This document shows positions 12,501 to 28,330 of a stretch of DNA of 64,000 bases, piece by piece. The stretch is taken from the NCBI GenBank assembly GCA_050613775.1, contig JBODTK010000102.1:186001-250000 (forward strand), read 5' to 3'. The position numbers and the translations under genes are program-made. The DNA is from Neocallimastix sp. 'constans' (Eukaryota). Below the pieces are notes generated by a model. That model was not told the origin of the DNA, did not search any database, and was given only the letters and a program-made list of their open reading frames with translations. The first letter of the stretch is position 1. Every line of letters starts with the position of its first letter.

Positions 12501-15500
12501 CGTTCCTGGTTTTTCTTCTCCATTCTCATCATATTCAACAATTCTTTTACACTCATATCCACTACCAGTGGAGGGCTCAGTAGATTTCAATAATTTTTTA
12601 TCACCATCTAAGATGTAGAATCCACCATCATATTTGGTATCATCCATTGGATCTGAAATATCATTCTTAAATGGTTTAATTTCATTTTCCATTACTCTAA
12701 TAATTGTTTTAACATGGTCTTCACCTGCGAACTCATGCTTATCCTTTAAGTAATGATATATAACTTCTTCATCATACTTTACACAATTTATAATATTAGA
12801 TATTGACGTAATTACAGAAGTAGCAAGGTATAAACCTCTGTATTCACCTTCCAATACTACACAACCTGAACCCTTTTGAATAGGATGATCTTCATCTGTA
12901 TTTACACAAATATTCTTTCTGTTACTTACACATCTATTTCTAACAGCTTTAAATTTGTTAGTAATAACCTCACTATCTCTTTTTCTATTTGAATTTTCAC
13001 TATTTGTAACTTCAACTTTCTTCTCAGGGATCAACATATGTTGTATATAGATACCTAAACCATTATTATCAGCTTTATTCCAGTAGTAACCTTCATCATC
13101 TAAAACTCTATTATCAATAGCTTTTACTGTTCTTAATCCACCGACATTTTGATAAACATAATAATTATCTTCAGTAGTTGTTACATTCACAGTTGAAATA
13201 TAACCTATCATATCGTACATTTCACTGTTTTTAAATATATAGTAACCTTCATCATCTACTACTTCAAATACTTGACCATTCTTATTGTAGAGATATAAAG
13301 CTTCATCATTTCTGATATATTGATAGTAATTTCTCCTAATTTCTTTATTTTTGCTTTCTGGATATTGTGGATTACTAGTAGTTGGATCTTTTCCATCAGT
13401 TACAGCATTTGTAGCATAGTAGAAAGTTACGTCATCACCATTTACAAGATAAATAATATCACCTGCATTAATTGTTGAGGATAATTTACATTGACTTGTA
13501 TTTATAAATTTCACATCACAACGATTACGTTTTATGATCCATCCTTCATCTTTATTATATTCTACTATTCTTTCAGTTGACGCTTTATTCACATATACAT
13601 TTCCATGATGAGGTTCTCTAATTTCTTCACAGTTTTGTTTTTCACATTTGTACATTCTAGATTTATTCAACGCAGTATCTACATCAATACCTTTTCCAGT
13701 ATTAGTTGATATTATGTAATAACCAACATCCTTCTCATAAATACTGACAATCTTATTTTGAGTAAACTTAATTAGATCTTCTCTTTCTTCATGTCCCAAG
13801 AATTTAGATTTCTTATATTTATAGTAATATTCATTACCGTCATTTGCAATACAATTGCCTACGTCACCAGCACGAATATAGTTCTCCACATAAACCATTT
13901 TCTTTACAAGACCACTTATTTTATCTTCAACACTGTAATAACAATAACTATTTCTTAATAAATCAACCTCTGATGAACATTTTTCATCCTTATCGTCATA
14001 TTCACATTCTACTATTGGTTCATTAATACAGTTAAATTCGCCTTCATCACGCTTACATTTTACCATCATTTCGTCATTACCGATATCAAGGTAATATCCT
14101 TCCATACCATTATCTTTATTTCTTACTTCACATTTTATTTCATTCTGGCTATCAGTAAAACATTCTATCAAATTGCTCCAAGCATAATTTAGGAAATATC
14201 CTACTTTCCTTACTTTCTCTAAAGTATTATTAGCTGGATCACACTTATATACAGTAGGACTATTATCATTTTTACTATTATCATACATATATTCATATAA
14301 ATCACCATTTTTACAGGAATTTCTTAATTCACATCCTTTCTCGTTACATACATACAATTTATAAATATCATTGCCAGAGATGTCAATTTTTTCATAATCC
14401 TTGATTTCCATTCTCAAATCTACATTATTTAAAATATAAACACCATCTCCAGTAATTTCAACCGTTTTTTCGTCTATAGTTTTATACATTTTTCCATCAA
14501 TTACATGATATAATTCGTTGTTATCATAAATTGAAGATTCCTCTTTTTCAATAGACCAACCAATTTCATATTTATAACAATTTCCTTGATTAGAATTAAT
14601 TAAATATACATGGCCTAATGAACTAGTACATAATTGACCAGGTCTAGCACTTCCTGAAGTCAATTTACATATACTTGTTTGGAAATCATAGGTACAAGAC
14701 AATGACTTTTCAGATTTGCATTGTTTATCATTGCACGTAATTGTATTATCATTAACAATGGAATGATCACTTTTCATAATACCATTGAAATCTTCATTCC
14801 ATCTAAATGTGTAGGAATTTAACGAATTTATTAATACATCTTCTCTTTTATCATAAGCTGAATATTTATCTACAGCAAATACTCCATAATTAGTCACAGG
14901 ATAATAATTAATACTAGCATCAGTTGGAATATTTACACAATTTACATTATCTATACCTGTATTAATTTCAGCAATTGCAAGATAATATTTACCATTTTCG
15001 TTGACACATAGTGTACCTGGATTAATGGTTGGATTCTCACTAGTTCCTGCTTGTTCATTATTTATATTGATATAACAAACATTTGATTTATATAGTGTAC
15101 ATCTTCCTATATCCTCATAACTAACATTATTTATATTAGTATCCAAAGACTTCCATTCACTTCCATCATATTTATACAAAGTATTAACATTAACTTTCTT
15201 ATTATTCTTTATTTCATTATTATAATAATAACCTTCTGGATAGCTGTCATGTCCTTCCTTCATATCATAACATATTAACTTATTGATATCATTTTTCTTA
15301 CATCTGAATAAACTATTTGGTATTTGTTCAAGGGATATAACTAGTTTATTTGATGAATCAGTAAAGAAGTTTCCTTCTTTATTGTTTACAGCCCAATTAC
15401 AGTTTTCTTCAGTACATGATCCACTGGTCATTAAGGATCTTGTCAATTCTTCCAAAATCGTAATACCTTCTGTTATTACCTTCTCACAAACAGTACTAGA

Positions 15501-18500
15501 ACATTTATAAACCGTACTATCTTTATAATAGTATTTATCTTCATCACTTACTAATTGAACCGCTTCAGTTTTAGAAATTTTTACAACAATAAATCCTGTA
15601 GATGCCCCTGGGAAATCAGTACCTGAAGTTACGGAGAGGACTTGATAGCTTCCGTTTGATGCACTGAAATCAATACTATTACTTCCATCCTTACAAATCT
15701 TATAATTTTTATTATTTACTATTACTTGACCACCTTTTTCACATTTACTATTAAATTCTTCTTTATAAATTTCACATGAAGTTGATGTTACACATTGAAT
15801 ATATGGATACACTGTAGCATTAGACACTGTAGCATAGGAATATATATTATTATATGCATTATTACTGTACCAACCATTACTGTTGGCAATTGATATATTG
15901 CAACCTAATTCTTTTGAACAATTAATTAATGGGTATTCATTACTAGTACTAACATCAGCATTCATATACCATCCCTCTATATAGTCCTTCTCATAACATA
16001 AAATACTACTATTTTCATCCTGAACAAATGAACCATCAATTTCTTTTCCAGGTAAAACACATTGAATAATTGGTTTTGAAATGTTAGCACTTTCATAGAA
16101 TCCTTCTGCTATTTCAGTTCTAATATGACATAACTTATTGCTACATTTAATTAATTCATTAGGAATATCATTATCATTTGATTTAATGTACCATCCATCA
16201 TTAGGAATTATATTCTTTTCACAAATACCGCTTATACATTTATATAATGTTCCCGAAACATCCACTTTACTAATTAAAGTACTGTTATTATAGGTTACTA
16301 CATATGAGTTAGTTTTCATATTTCTAACACTTTCTTTGTCTAATTTCACCACAATGTTACTATCGTTTGCGGTTAATCCTGGGAATTCATTCATATTTGA
16401 AACATTTACAATAATTTTTTGTTCATAAACAGTACTAATATCAATTTGCTTTTCCTTTGTAATACACAACTTAAAACCTTCATTATTATATAATAATGAT
16501 CCACTTTCTGGACATTCTTTTTTCTCTAAAGCTTTAGAGATAGAACAGTTACCATCCACACATTTGTAGTATAAATGATTTTCTTTGAATAAATTATTAT
16601 TGAAGTACCATCCGTCCTTAACGCCTGTGACTTCATTACATTGTACAGTTTTTATTCCAGATCCCTCATATAAAACATCATTTTTACAATAATACAATTG
16701 ACCCCTATCTTCTTCATTAACAAGAATTTCATTATTATTGAATAAAATATAGCCCTCGGTTTTAAATTGTTCAATATGAGTATTATAAGTTTTCACCAAC
16801 AATTTCACACTTGCATTCACAGGTGTAGAGTCATCACTCATATTGATTCCAGTGAATATATCACCTTTTGTTAAAGTAATTATATAGTATTTGAGTGGGG
16901 TCTTATCTTTCATTTCAACATTATTATTTGAAGTTCTGCCATAGCAAAATTTATAATTATAAGTACTTTTTTGTCTAATAATTACACCAGTGGCAGCTTT
17001 ATCACAAGCACCAATTCCAAACTTTATTTCTGGATCATTGGCAAGGTTACAAGTACCTTCGTAACACATGATCAGAGCCTTATTATACGATGGCAGATGA
17101 TAGGCATTAATATAATAACCAGAAACACCAGTTTGTAATTTACAATTTCCGGAAGAATTGTCACAATAATATAAAGCATTTGTACTAGCTCTCTTTTCTT
17201 TAATTTTTTCATCTATTTCGTCCTCTTCATTAATATTTTCTTCAGAAGTTTCTCCAATTTCTCTTTTCTTGATACTTCCTTCTACTGGTTCAGTATCTTC
17301 ATAAAGCATAGAATTACTACTATTTATTAAATAATAACCATTACCTCTGAAAATTACAAAATAATCTTTTCCTGATTCAATTAATATATTTTTATATGAT
17401 TGGGCTCCAGGGAAATCATTACTATTTTCAATATAATAATAACTTCCTTCAGACATACTTCCATTTCCGTTAGAGAGTTTTATAGTTCCGGCAGAAATCA
17501 TACTTCCAATTTCATTTCCATAAGTAGATATTGATTCACATCCAGAATAATTGCATTTATAATAATTGGATTTAATTTTATAATATCCTGTTGAAACTCG
17601 ACATATTCCTTTATTACAATAGTACATTTGACTTCCTGAAGTTGGTTTTACGGTATCAATATTCGCTTCAGTAATCATCACATCTCCATTAAAGATATGT
17701 ACTTCAGTGGTAGCTGCGAATTGTTGAATACATTTTTTAACATTTTCATCCAACACAGACTTGTAAATTTTATTTTCTTTCACACAATATTTATTTTCAT
17801 CCAACACAGTGTTTGACGAATCAGCACAATACGAATTCAAACTTGCTGGACTATTCTTACATGTAGGCAGTGCTTTAAATGTTGAACCTTTTGAAATGGA
17901 ACCAATACCTATGACCGCATTTGAATATACTACTACATAATCTTTTCCATTAGGGAAAGCTTTATCCCTCACCAGTTTATAGGAATTTCCTTCATTTTCA
18001 GAAATTTTTATGGCTCCAGAACTAAGACAAAATTGATATACATTATCCTTAATAATAAAATCACCCTCTTTAGAGCATTGTTTATTTAATTCTGCCATTA
18101 TAGTGCATTCATTATTTGCACATTTTATTGCTTTATATCTGCTATCACCATTAACATAATATCCATCCTTCACATCAACTTTCGAACATTTACCAATAGA
18201 TCCATTGCATTGATACATATCATTAAGTTCCCTTGATTCATTATTAGTTGCTAATCCACCATTAACTAATATTACATAATTATCAGCATAATAAACTGTG
18301 CAACTGTATTTATTTGTTTTTGTTATAACACTATATCCAAATCCAGGAAATCCTTGTTTAACATAATTATACACTTCTTTTTCATTTTCTGTAAATTTAA
18401 TTTTAGTACTACCTTCATCAATTCCATATTTAGAATTACTAGCAATATTATCAATACTGCACACATTACTTACACATTTTATAGTTTTACTGTTAAATAC

Positions 18501-21500
18501 AGAATAGTAATATCCATTGTCTGGATTTTCAATGACATTACATATACTTTCTTTACCATCGCAGAATAATAATTTACCACTTCCAGTATTGCCTGTTACA
18601 ATTTTATCATTGGCATCAATAAGAACGTATCCGTCAACTGAATAAACGTAAGCTACATTATTATGAATACCAACTAAAATAACAACACCGGAGATTACTT
18701 CTGGGAATGCATTTATATTATTAATTTCTATTGGGTATGCCTTATCAGAAGCTCCTTTAATTTTGACTGTATTGCTCTTATCCTTACAAAGCATAACTTC
18801 ATTTTCATTTTTATCAAATATAACATTTCCTGATCCTGCAATTTCACAACTTGTTTCCAATTTCATCTTATTTTCATTATAATTCAAATAAACGCATCCT
18901 TTGGAGTCGCATTTAGAATAGTAATCACTTGAATTAACAATATAACCAAATACTCTATAACATTTTTTTTCCCATTTTCCATCATTTTTACAATTATAAA
19001 CGGAAGCACGATAATGATTTTCTGCTATATTCTCAGTTTTAATCATTCTTAAAGTACTATCAAATACTACTATACCCTTCTCATTACTATCTTCATCTCG
19101 AATACAACCGCCATTACTAGTTTTGTATATTACATTATTCATAATACATCTTTGTTCTTCCAATAACGCTTGAGAATTATCAGAACGAACACATGATTTG
19201 TTAGAGTCATCTGGTACCTTTGAATTTCCTTCTTTTGCTTTACATAGAGGTAAACCATTTATATTAGACGCAGATTGTAACTGACAGGAAACAGAATCAC
19301 ATAAAATCAAAATATCATCCTCACTTTGGGCAGCTGCATTTTCGAAAAGTTGATTTCCAAATTTTTCACTACAATGAATAGTTTCGAACTTATTTGTATT
19401 ATCAGCATTTAAACTACATTTAACAATAGCATTTTTCCATGTTTCCGATGATGTAGTTTGAATTGTATTTATATAATATTCGTCATTTTTACATTTTATT
19501 TCCCTGCATTTTCCATTGATACAACTAAATCCTCTTTTAATTTCTTCATCTCCATTACTGACCATAAAGTTATTTGAATCTATGAAAATATTTTTAGAAC
19601 CATCAGTTTCTGCAAAGGAAACATGGGTCAATTCTGAAACAACACCATAAGATAAATTATTACTATCTCTTTTTCTATTATTTATAGCATTTTCTTCGAA
19701 AACAAAGACACTGTCTTCTCCACTCGAAGTATATGATTTTCCACCAACAGTTACCTTCATATTTACTCCATCTCTTTGTATTGTTTTTCCACTGCGCTTA
19801 CAATAACCTCTATTGTTACATTCGTACGCTTCTTGTCCATTTTGCATTACATATATTCCAGGTAAGATTTTACTATTTACGACTTCCTTAACACCATTCA
19901 TGAATACTTTTATTAAAATATTATCAGCAGATATTTCATAATATTTAATTGGTACTTTGTCAAGATTTTTAGATTTACAAGATCCTCCTATATTACAAAT
20001 TAATTTCTTTTCTGAATTTATTTTAATATATACTTTCATTAATATATTAATTTTATTATCAACATCACTATCGTCATACCCATATATGTAGTATCCATCA
20101 TTTGTTTGATATCCATAATTTATTCTTTCGTTCAGGCCGTTTTTACTAATTTCTATTGGAGATACTGTTATTTGTGTGGCGATATCGGATTTCTTATATA
20201 ATTTTCCATTATTAATACAATACTTATTGTCTGAGGGCGAACTTTCATCAGGACATTGACCAATTTCTTCAATATTACTTTTATAAATTATACTGTATTT
20301 GGAAACATCGGCTAAAATATATCTTCCAGTACTTCCGGGGAATCTATTTGAAAGATCAGATTTTAAAGCATAAATATCGGAAATTCCATTTAATTTTTCA
20401 AAGTCACTTACATTTCCATTATTTTCATCTTGATCTCTACATAATTGAATTTGTTTTTTCTTTTTATCAATTCTGACATTACTTTCATCACAGGATTTCA
20501 TATAGGTATCATCTATTTTACTATAAACTTCACATGCTCCATTAGTACATTTAGTAATTTTTAATTCCTCATGGTCAAAGTAATAACCATTCTTTATATT
20601 CTCATTGATACAATTTCCAACGGCATTGTTATAACACATATAAAGTTTTCCATTTTCATATTCATAACCATCGATGATTGATTGCAGTACGCTATTACTT
20701 TTTATTTCCACCCTAACATATGCTTCTCTCTTACCTTCAGGAAGATTTACTCCAGGAATAAATCCAGATCTATTATAGGATATAATTCTATGTTCAGGTT
20801 TACCTGCAGGTAAAACTTCAGGAGTTTGACCATTACACCATCTAATATCTCCATAAAATGAAGTAAATTCGCCTTTGTTTTGATTTGAACAAGCAGTATT
20901 CAATATATTCTTCATGATACAAGTGGTATCACTACTACAAGATATAATTTCTGTGAAATCAGCATTAAGATACCATCCTTTATTTTTTGACTCAATTTTA
21001 TTAATAAAATCACTAACTTCAATCAAAGGTTTAGTTGATAAAGTATTTGGATCTGAATTTAAATAATAACCTTTATCAAGTTTTTCTTTATTATATTTTG
21101 TACAAATATTAGTCTTAGTACAACCTATTAATTCACTACTACTAACCCAATACCATCCTTTTCCACGAATATCAAATGGAGAACATATCGAATTGGAACA
21201 ATAAATTAATTGATTATTTTCAGCATTAACATAATATCCAGCAGGGCTATTGTCTATATTACATACTCCATCATTACAAGTGATTAGTTTACTATTATCA
21301 ATAGCACTTAATAATGAACCATTAGTTTGAACTCTTACTTCTTGACAATTTACGCCTGAAGATTGGGAAGTACATTTAATTAATGTATTTTGATCACTAC
21401 TACCATTCAAATACCATCCTACTGCAGGTTTAGAATCAACAGTGCAACTATTTATATCACAATATGTTAAAACTTTTCCAGGTTCAGCACTTAAGTAGTA

Positions 21501-24500
21501 ACCTGAACCATTAAGTATTTCTTCACATATTCCACCACTACATTTAATAAGATTCTTTCTAATATTTCTATAGAAACCATTTCCTGGACTTACGTAATTA
21601 CATCTTTTTTCATCCAGTGATGCTTCACATTTAATTAATGGATTACTTAAATCTTGACTTAAATAATAAGTATCTTCAAGTTCTATTGATGTTTTTTCAA
21701 TACAATTATTACTGTTACCTGCAGTACAATATAATAATACATTGTTATTATATGGAAGATAATATCCTGTTTTAACAGTTTGCTTTACACAAGTGGTATC
21801 GGCTTCATTAACATCTTCACATTTATTTGTTGAATTACATATATACAAGTTTTTACTGGTACTAAGACAATAGGTATCGGTAGTACTTTTTCTAACACCA
21901 AAGCAACTGAAACCGGAGCTACTCGTTGCGTCGGCTTCACATTTAATTGTAGGATATGTTCCAACAGTACCTATATCACTATTAGCGAATGATCCTTCCT
22001 TCTTCATTAAATCACATTTACTATTATCACAGAAATATAAATCTCCTTTTACATCTGCAGCTTTTACTATACCAGAGCTACTACTATCAATCAAATAGTA
22101 TTCAGTAGCCGTAGGTTGACTTTGGAATATTGCCTTATTATTAATGGAAATTAACATTTTGATATTACTACTTATACCAACAAATTTCTTTGCATCAATT
22201 ATATATTTTCCATTGGTAGAAGTTGATACAGTAATTGCACGATTGGTATTGCTGTCATAGCCAACACATAAATTTTGTAACTTTATTGAACCTATTGAAT
22301 TCGCTTCGCAATCTACTTGAGTATAAATAGAGCAACCGGTACTACCATCACAGGCGATAATATTATCTGAAGAATTTACAAAATAGCTCTTTCTAGTCAC
22401 TTCAGCCTCAATACTTAATACATTATTCGTATTTTTAATGATTTTTTTAGTGTTTTCTCCATTGATATAATAAGAAAGATATCCACTAGTTTTTATTTGA
22501 CATTCAATTGCATCGGCAGGTTTAGAGCAAACAACTAATTTTCCATTTGCACTATTATCTTTTAATACTACACCGGTACTTGGATTAATCAAATATCCTA
22601 CACTTTGGCCAGAATTAAGACTTATATCACTTTCTAAACAATCATTATTCAAATCACATGTGATTTTCTTTGGATTTGGTGTTACATTCACATTTATAAA
22701 TGTCTTCGAAACTGTATTTTCAACTTCAGTACAAGTCTGAGTATCTGTACAAAATATAACTCCATTATTTGTATTATCGTTATTTCTATTACCATTAACA
22801 TAAGCTGTATTCGCTGTAGCTGATGACGTTACCCAACTGTTTAAAACATTTTCTCCTACATTATATGAAGAATATTTAATAAGTGGATTTGTTTTGCTGT
22901 CACTACCTCCATTCAAATAAGTTTTGTCCTGAAATCCTGCTGAACTTCCAGTAATTACTTCGCATTTATCTGTACAGGCAATTAACTCTGAATTTGGATT
23001 TTCTCCTGAATTATTTCCACTAATATATACTCTGCGAGTTAATCCAGTTAACCCTCCGATACATGGATTAATCGTACTTCCATAGCACTGAATTAATTTT
23101 TCTCCTTCATAATGGGTATCCACATAGTAATTGTAACCAAGTGTTGAAGAGCATGTTCCACCGTTGCATTTTATAATTTCTCCTGTTTTTGATTTATTAA
23201 TATAATATCCATTTTTATCATCTTCAGTGCATTCATTTTCACATTGAATATATTTAGCTACATTACCGCTTTTTGTAAAGTAATATCCATATTTTTCAGC
23301 ATCAATATCATTACAAGAATAAACCTGTGTTTCTCCTTCTGCAGTTGGTTTTTTTATATCACAATGAATAATGCTCATTACCTTGTTGGCATTAATATAA
23401 TTATTGTAATCATCAGTATTTGAAGTAGGTTCTGGAGAAATTGCAGTGCATTCAGGAGTATTTTCTCCAGTCTTTGGTTTACATTCAATTATAGGTTTTT
23501 GATTATCATTATTGAAATTTCCATTTAAATAATAATTCGTTGTTCCATCTTTCATTTTTTCTGTAATAACTTCACATTTCGAATTTTCACACGAAATCAA
23601 CTCTTTTTTAGAATTAGTATAATATCCAATTACATTATCCACTGTACATTTTACATATTCTATGGCTGTCTGACCCTCTCCTATTGTTTGTTTAAGACAT
23701 TTAATGACAGTACCAGAGGAAGAACCATATCTACTTTCATCATTTATATAGTAATCGTTTTCTTTTGGCTTATTATCATCATTACTATTAACAGGACTAC
23801 ATTCAGTTCCATTACAATACATGACAGTAGTGGTAGTACCATCTGCGATTCCACCCTGTCTATCAATGTAGTATCCTTTCGTATAAAGTTTTTCATATTC
23901 GTTCTCTTTTATCGTTATCACAGCATCACTCACAAAGACTCTAGCTCCATTTTCTTCGAATGGAAGTTTTACACTGTTGTAAACATTTTTTGTAACCATT
24001 TTTGGTGTTCCGTCAGTATTTTTCTCACCACTATCAACTTCAGTTGTTCCAGTTTGGGTGACCGTGACACAGAGAGCATAGTTTCCACTATCATAAACAA
24101 TTTCTAAATCCTGAGTACATTCATCCTTATCTTCCATTTGTATAATCTTATCATTGTCTTTAATTTGAACATGAATCTTTCTTGATGAAGATACCCCTGG
24201 GAATTTTCCAGATGTAGTACTAAGGATATAAGACTTATCGAGTTCAGTAAATTCAACTGGCTGTGAGGTATTGCTATTGTAATTACCACACAAAGTAATT
24301 TCATCTTCTTTTTCATCATTCAATCTGAAATTTCCAATGGTACTTTCAGTACATTTGTTAACTAAATAGGCTGAACCTACAATGCATTCAGAGTCTTTAG
24401 CACATGAAATTACGGTTTTATCATCTTTATTAATATATAATCCAGTTTCGACTTTATCAAGTGAAGTTTTTTCTAAAGTGCTTCCGTCGTATTTCATTAA

Positions 24501-25890
24501 TACTTTTGTTTCCCCATCATTATAGTAATGGTTTTGCTTTGCCTCTTCCAATTTACATTCGTTAGTTCCTTCATTATCTACACAATGAATTAATGGATAA
24601 TTCGATTTGCTTTCCTCTGCTTTATTTTCAAAATAAGTTTCTGAAGTAACAGATCCTGAAAGAGATGTACAACTATAACCACTATCATTCTTACTAATCT
24701 TAACATAGTGACCTGACAAGGCGTCTGATTGAATATTTTTTTGATCTGATGTCATAAATTTATAAATATCGAATGTCATACTTCCGAATTCTTGGTCTTC
24801 TAAACATTTCGATGCCTTGCCAATAGAACAATCTCCACTTTCAGTAATACTTAAACATTTATCTTCTCCATTATCATCAAAACCACCAACGCCAGGAAGT
24901 TGTTCCTTAGATTGACAGACACCATTTTTACAGGTATAGTATCTTTCACTACTATCAGCTGAACAAAAATCCTCAATTCTCGTTATTAATTTACCACTCG
25001 ATTCTGCACAATCTAAGAAAGTTCCAGGAGTACTGGATTGGATATCATTCTCACTTAAAATAATACCATTTTCTGCTGAATTTGATTTAACAACATAATA
25101 ATTCGCATTGGTGTCATAACTGAATACATTTCCATTTTCATTTTTTGTATGCTTAACGAGATAGTATTCATTATCATCTTTTCCAAAATCAAGACTAGCA
25201 TAAGTAGTAGAAGAACCAATCTTACCAAGACAGAGCTTAATATTATTTTGATCTTTAAATAATTTACCGACTGAAGTATTATCACACGAGCTTTGTGGTG
25301 AAGCTGCTGTTGTACATTTCTTATTATCATGGCAATCATCTCCTGAATCACATTGTCTACATTCAAAGTAACTATCTCCATGTTTATAAAAACCAATATT
25401 TATATTTTGTGTAGTACAGGAACTTGATGCATTAATCTTATAAATATAACCTCTATAAGAATAATATTTGTCAAACTGACTTGCTACGCCTATTAATAAA
25501 TAAAAAATGTAAATTTTCAGTTTCTAATATAATATTTAAAATTTCATTATTTATAAATATATCAAGATAAACAAAAACGTACATCCAGTTATAGAACATG
25601 CACCGTCAGTAAAAGTTGGTATGCTACAATCCGCATCTAAAAATTAAAATTATGAAGACAAATTATTGTTATTACATAATAATAATCTAATAATATAAAA
25701 TAATGACAAACTTACATGTTTTTCCAATTAACCCTACCAATATTGGTAGTCTATTTAATAACAATTTTTTAGAAATAGAAATTCATATTTTTTAATAAAA
25801 TAACAAATATTTACATTAATTAAATATTTAATGATATCATAATTATAATATTAGCTTTTACGCTTACCCTAAATATTTAAAATTAAACAT
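6600..25890 (-). CDS. scaA: Giant fungal cellulosome scaffoldin, ScaA-like (~6,333 aa; signal peptide, Cys-rich repeats, acidic and Thr-rich stalk, C-terminal GPI/TM anchor)
   Basis: Hand-spliced GT-AG model: exons 25890-25868, 25750-25716, 25636-25583, 25489-6600 (19,002 nt, in frame). N-terminus MFNFKYLGLPILVGLIGKTYA|DCSIPT is a signal peptide. Dozens of GYY(I/L)N...(L/I)I.C....C repeats. Ends in a poly-Thr stalk and ESGAFSIHRNINFNIFYLALSIFLYFLFI. Size and architecture match the described ScaA of anaerobic fungi; the symbol is by recognition, not alignment. Confidence 0.85.
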
Positions 25891-26579
25891 ATTTTCCTTT
25901 TTGGTATAATATTTAAATAAAATAAGGAAAATTGTTCAATTTTTAAATTAAGAAATTATTAAAGAAAAACCTGTTATAGTTCTCTTTTATAATTTAAAAA
26001 TAAGATATCTATATACAATAGCTTCAAAGTAATTTATTAAATGAATGTTTCTTAACTTCTCAATTCAACCAAAAAAAGTATATAAAAGGATTAAAACTAT
26101 ATAAAAAGTTGATATTAAGAAAGAGTGTTTAAAATGCATTAAAATATTAATATAAAATGCAATAAAATATTAATAAATTAAAATAATTTTTTGAATAACA
26201 TATTCTTATTTTATTACTAAATAAATATATATAATTTTTATTATAATAATAAATTATCCTGAAAGTTACCTTTCTATTTACAAAAATATTTATAATTACA
26301 GCTTAAAACTTTAGTTATCTTCCCTCTATATCAAAAGAATAAAGGAAATAAATAATATAAAAAATCTATATAAATTTTTACTTAATTTTTGGTTGTTAGA
26401 AAAATGAAATAAAACGAAAAAAAATTAATTTATATATGTTTCTTTAAATATACTTATTAAGGGTTAGTAAAATAAATTTATTTATAGAAATTTGTACCTG
26501 TTAATCTTGAAATTATATATTAAATTTATTTTTCTACTCTCTTATATCTAAAAAATTAATGAGAGTGGTATAAATATAA

Positions 26580-26835
26580 TCATTATTTTTTATTATTATT
26601 TATTTATTATTTATTATTTATTATTTATTATTTATTATTTATTATTTATTATTTATTATTTATTATTTATTATTTATTATTCCATTATTTATTATTTATT
26701 ATTTATTATTTATTATTTATTATTTATTATTTATTATTTATTATTTATTATTTATTATTTATTATTTATTATTTATTATTAATTATGTATTTATTATTTA
26801 TTATTTATTATTTATTTATTACAAAATACTCTATT
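26580..26835. repeat. (TTATTTA)n microsatellite array
   Basis: Tandem TTATTTA heptamers ending near aaaatactctatt. Confidence 0.9.
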
Positions 26836-28090
26836 CTTTTTATAATTTCATTCATTATTCATTATTCATTATTTGTTTTTTAAAACTAAAAAAATATTAA
26901 TCTTATTATATAATGTAGTATAATTATTTATTATTATTTGATACAATAATAATTATTATTGATATCCATTTTAATTGTTATTACAGATTGTTATAAATTC
27001 ATTTTATTAAATGTATGATTGTCATATATATTATTATAATTATTGAATAAAATTTATAAAATATTAACTTCATAGTAAAAATTATTCTTTGTTTTTACAA
27101 TAGTTTTATCGAATATATTATGTTTACTTTAATTATAATTTTTTAAATATAATTCTTGAAATAATCTTTATTTTAAATATTGTTATAATTATTAATAATT
27201 GTTAATATATTGTAATTTACTAATATTAATGGCTTTTTTGTAATTTACTAATATTAATGACTTTTTTTTAAAGATTTTATATTACCATTAAAATTATTAA
27301 TAATTGTTATTTAATTCTCTTTTTATTTAATATTTTAATTTTATTTATTATAATTTTTTATAATTATTATTTATTACTATAATTATAATTATTATTAGTG
27401 TTGAATATTTTTATTATTATAAATTTAATGATTATTATTTTAAATATCATAATTCACATTAATGAGCATTTTTCATTCTTTTACTGTTATAATTAATTAT
27501 GATTTTTATTATTATTTATAATATTTTTTTTTAAAGCAATACTTATTATTGATTTATTCCATTAAATAATAATTTTAAAATTATAATTTTTAAGAATAAT
27601 TATTAATTGTATCAATAAATATTATAAATTTCTTAATAATTTTTATTATTAATAATGATTATTAATAATATTATTTATTTTATATATTACTATTATCAAT
27701 GGTTGAAATATCATTATTTATTATTAATTAATTATAACTGTAATAGTTTGTAAGGATAGATGTTTCTATTAATACTAATTATTGTATTATTATAAGTTCT
27801 TTTAGTCTTTTTATTATAATTTAATGAAATGAATAAAATTTATTAATAATGAAAGAATTATTTTTGTAATAATAGTTGAAATACAATCTTATTATTATGA
27901 ATAATATATAAAAAAAAAAAATTCTAAAATTATTCAAAATTATATTTATAATTATAGATTATAAATAATTATTATTACAAGTAAATATTATAATTATTAT
28001 AGGAATTATTAATCAATCTAATGTAATTATAGCTATTATTGTTATAGTAATATTCATCCTTTATTAGTAAAATCATTTATTATAAATTGA

Positions 28091-28330
28091 TATTAGATAA
28101 AAATATAAATATTAAAGTTTTGTAATTATATTAAATTAAGTAGTAATGGTATATATCTTGATATGTCTTGTTAATGTCATTAGTTACATATCTTATAGAA
28201 GTCAAATAATGAAAAAACTATTAATACTGTAATAACAAATAAAATTAAATCACATACGTTGTTATATTCTTACATAATGAAAAGATTCTTAATTTTAATA
28301 GATTAATAGTCTCAATCTCACCAGATTAAG
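28091..28330 (+). mobile_element. Diverged LTR plus primer-binding site of the local copia family
   Basis: Start resembles tgttagaaatataaatatgaag. Ends aagattcttaattttaata, followed by gattaatagtctcaatctcaccagattaag, a variant of the PBS at 30015. Confidence 0.6.

Noticed and set aside
6587..25396. Many short overlapping or antisense ORFs, some hydrophobic
   Set aside because: Shadows of the ScaA frame, especially antisense to Thr- and Glu-rich tracts.
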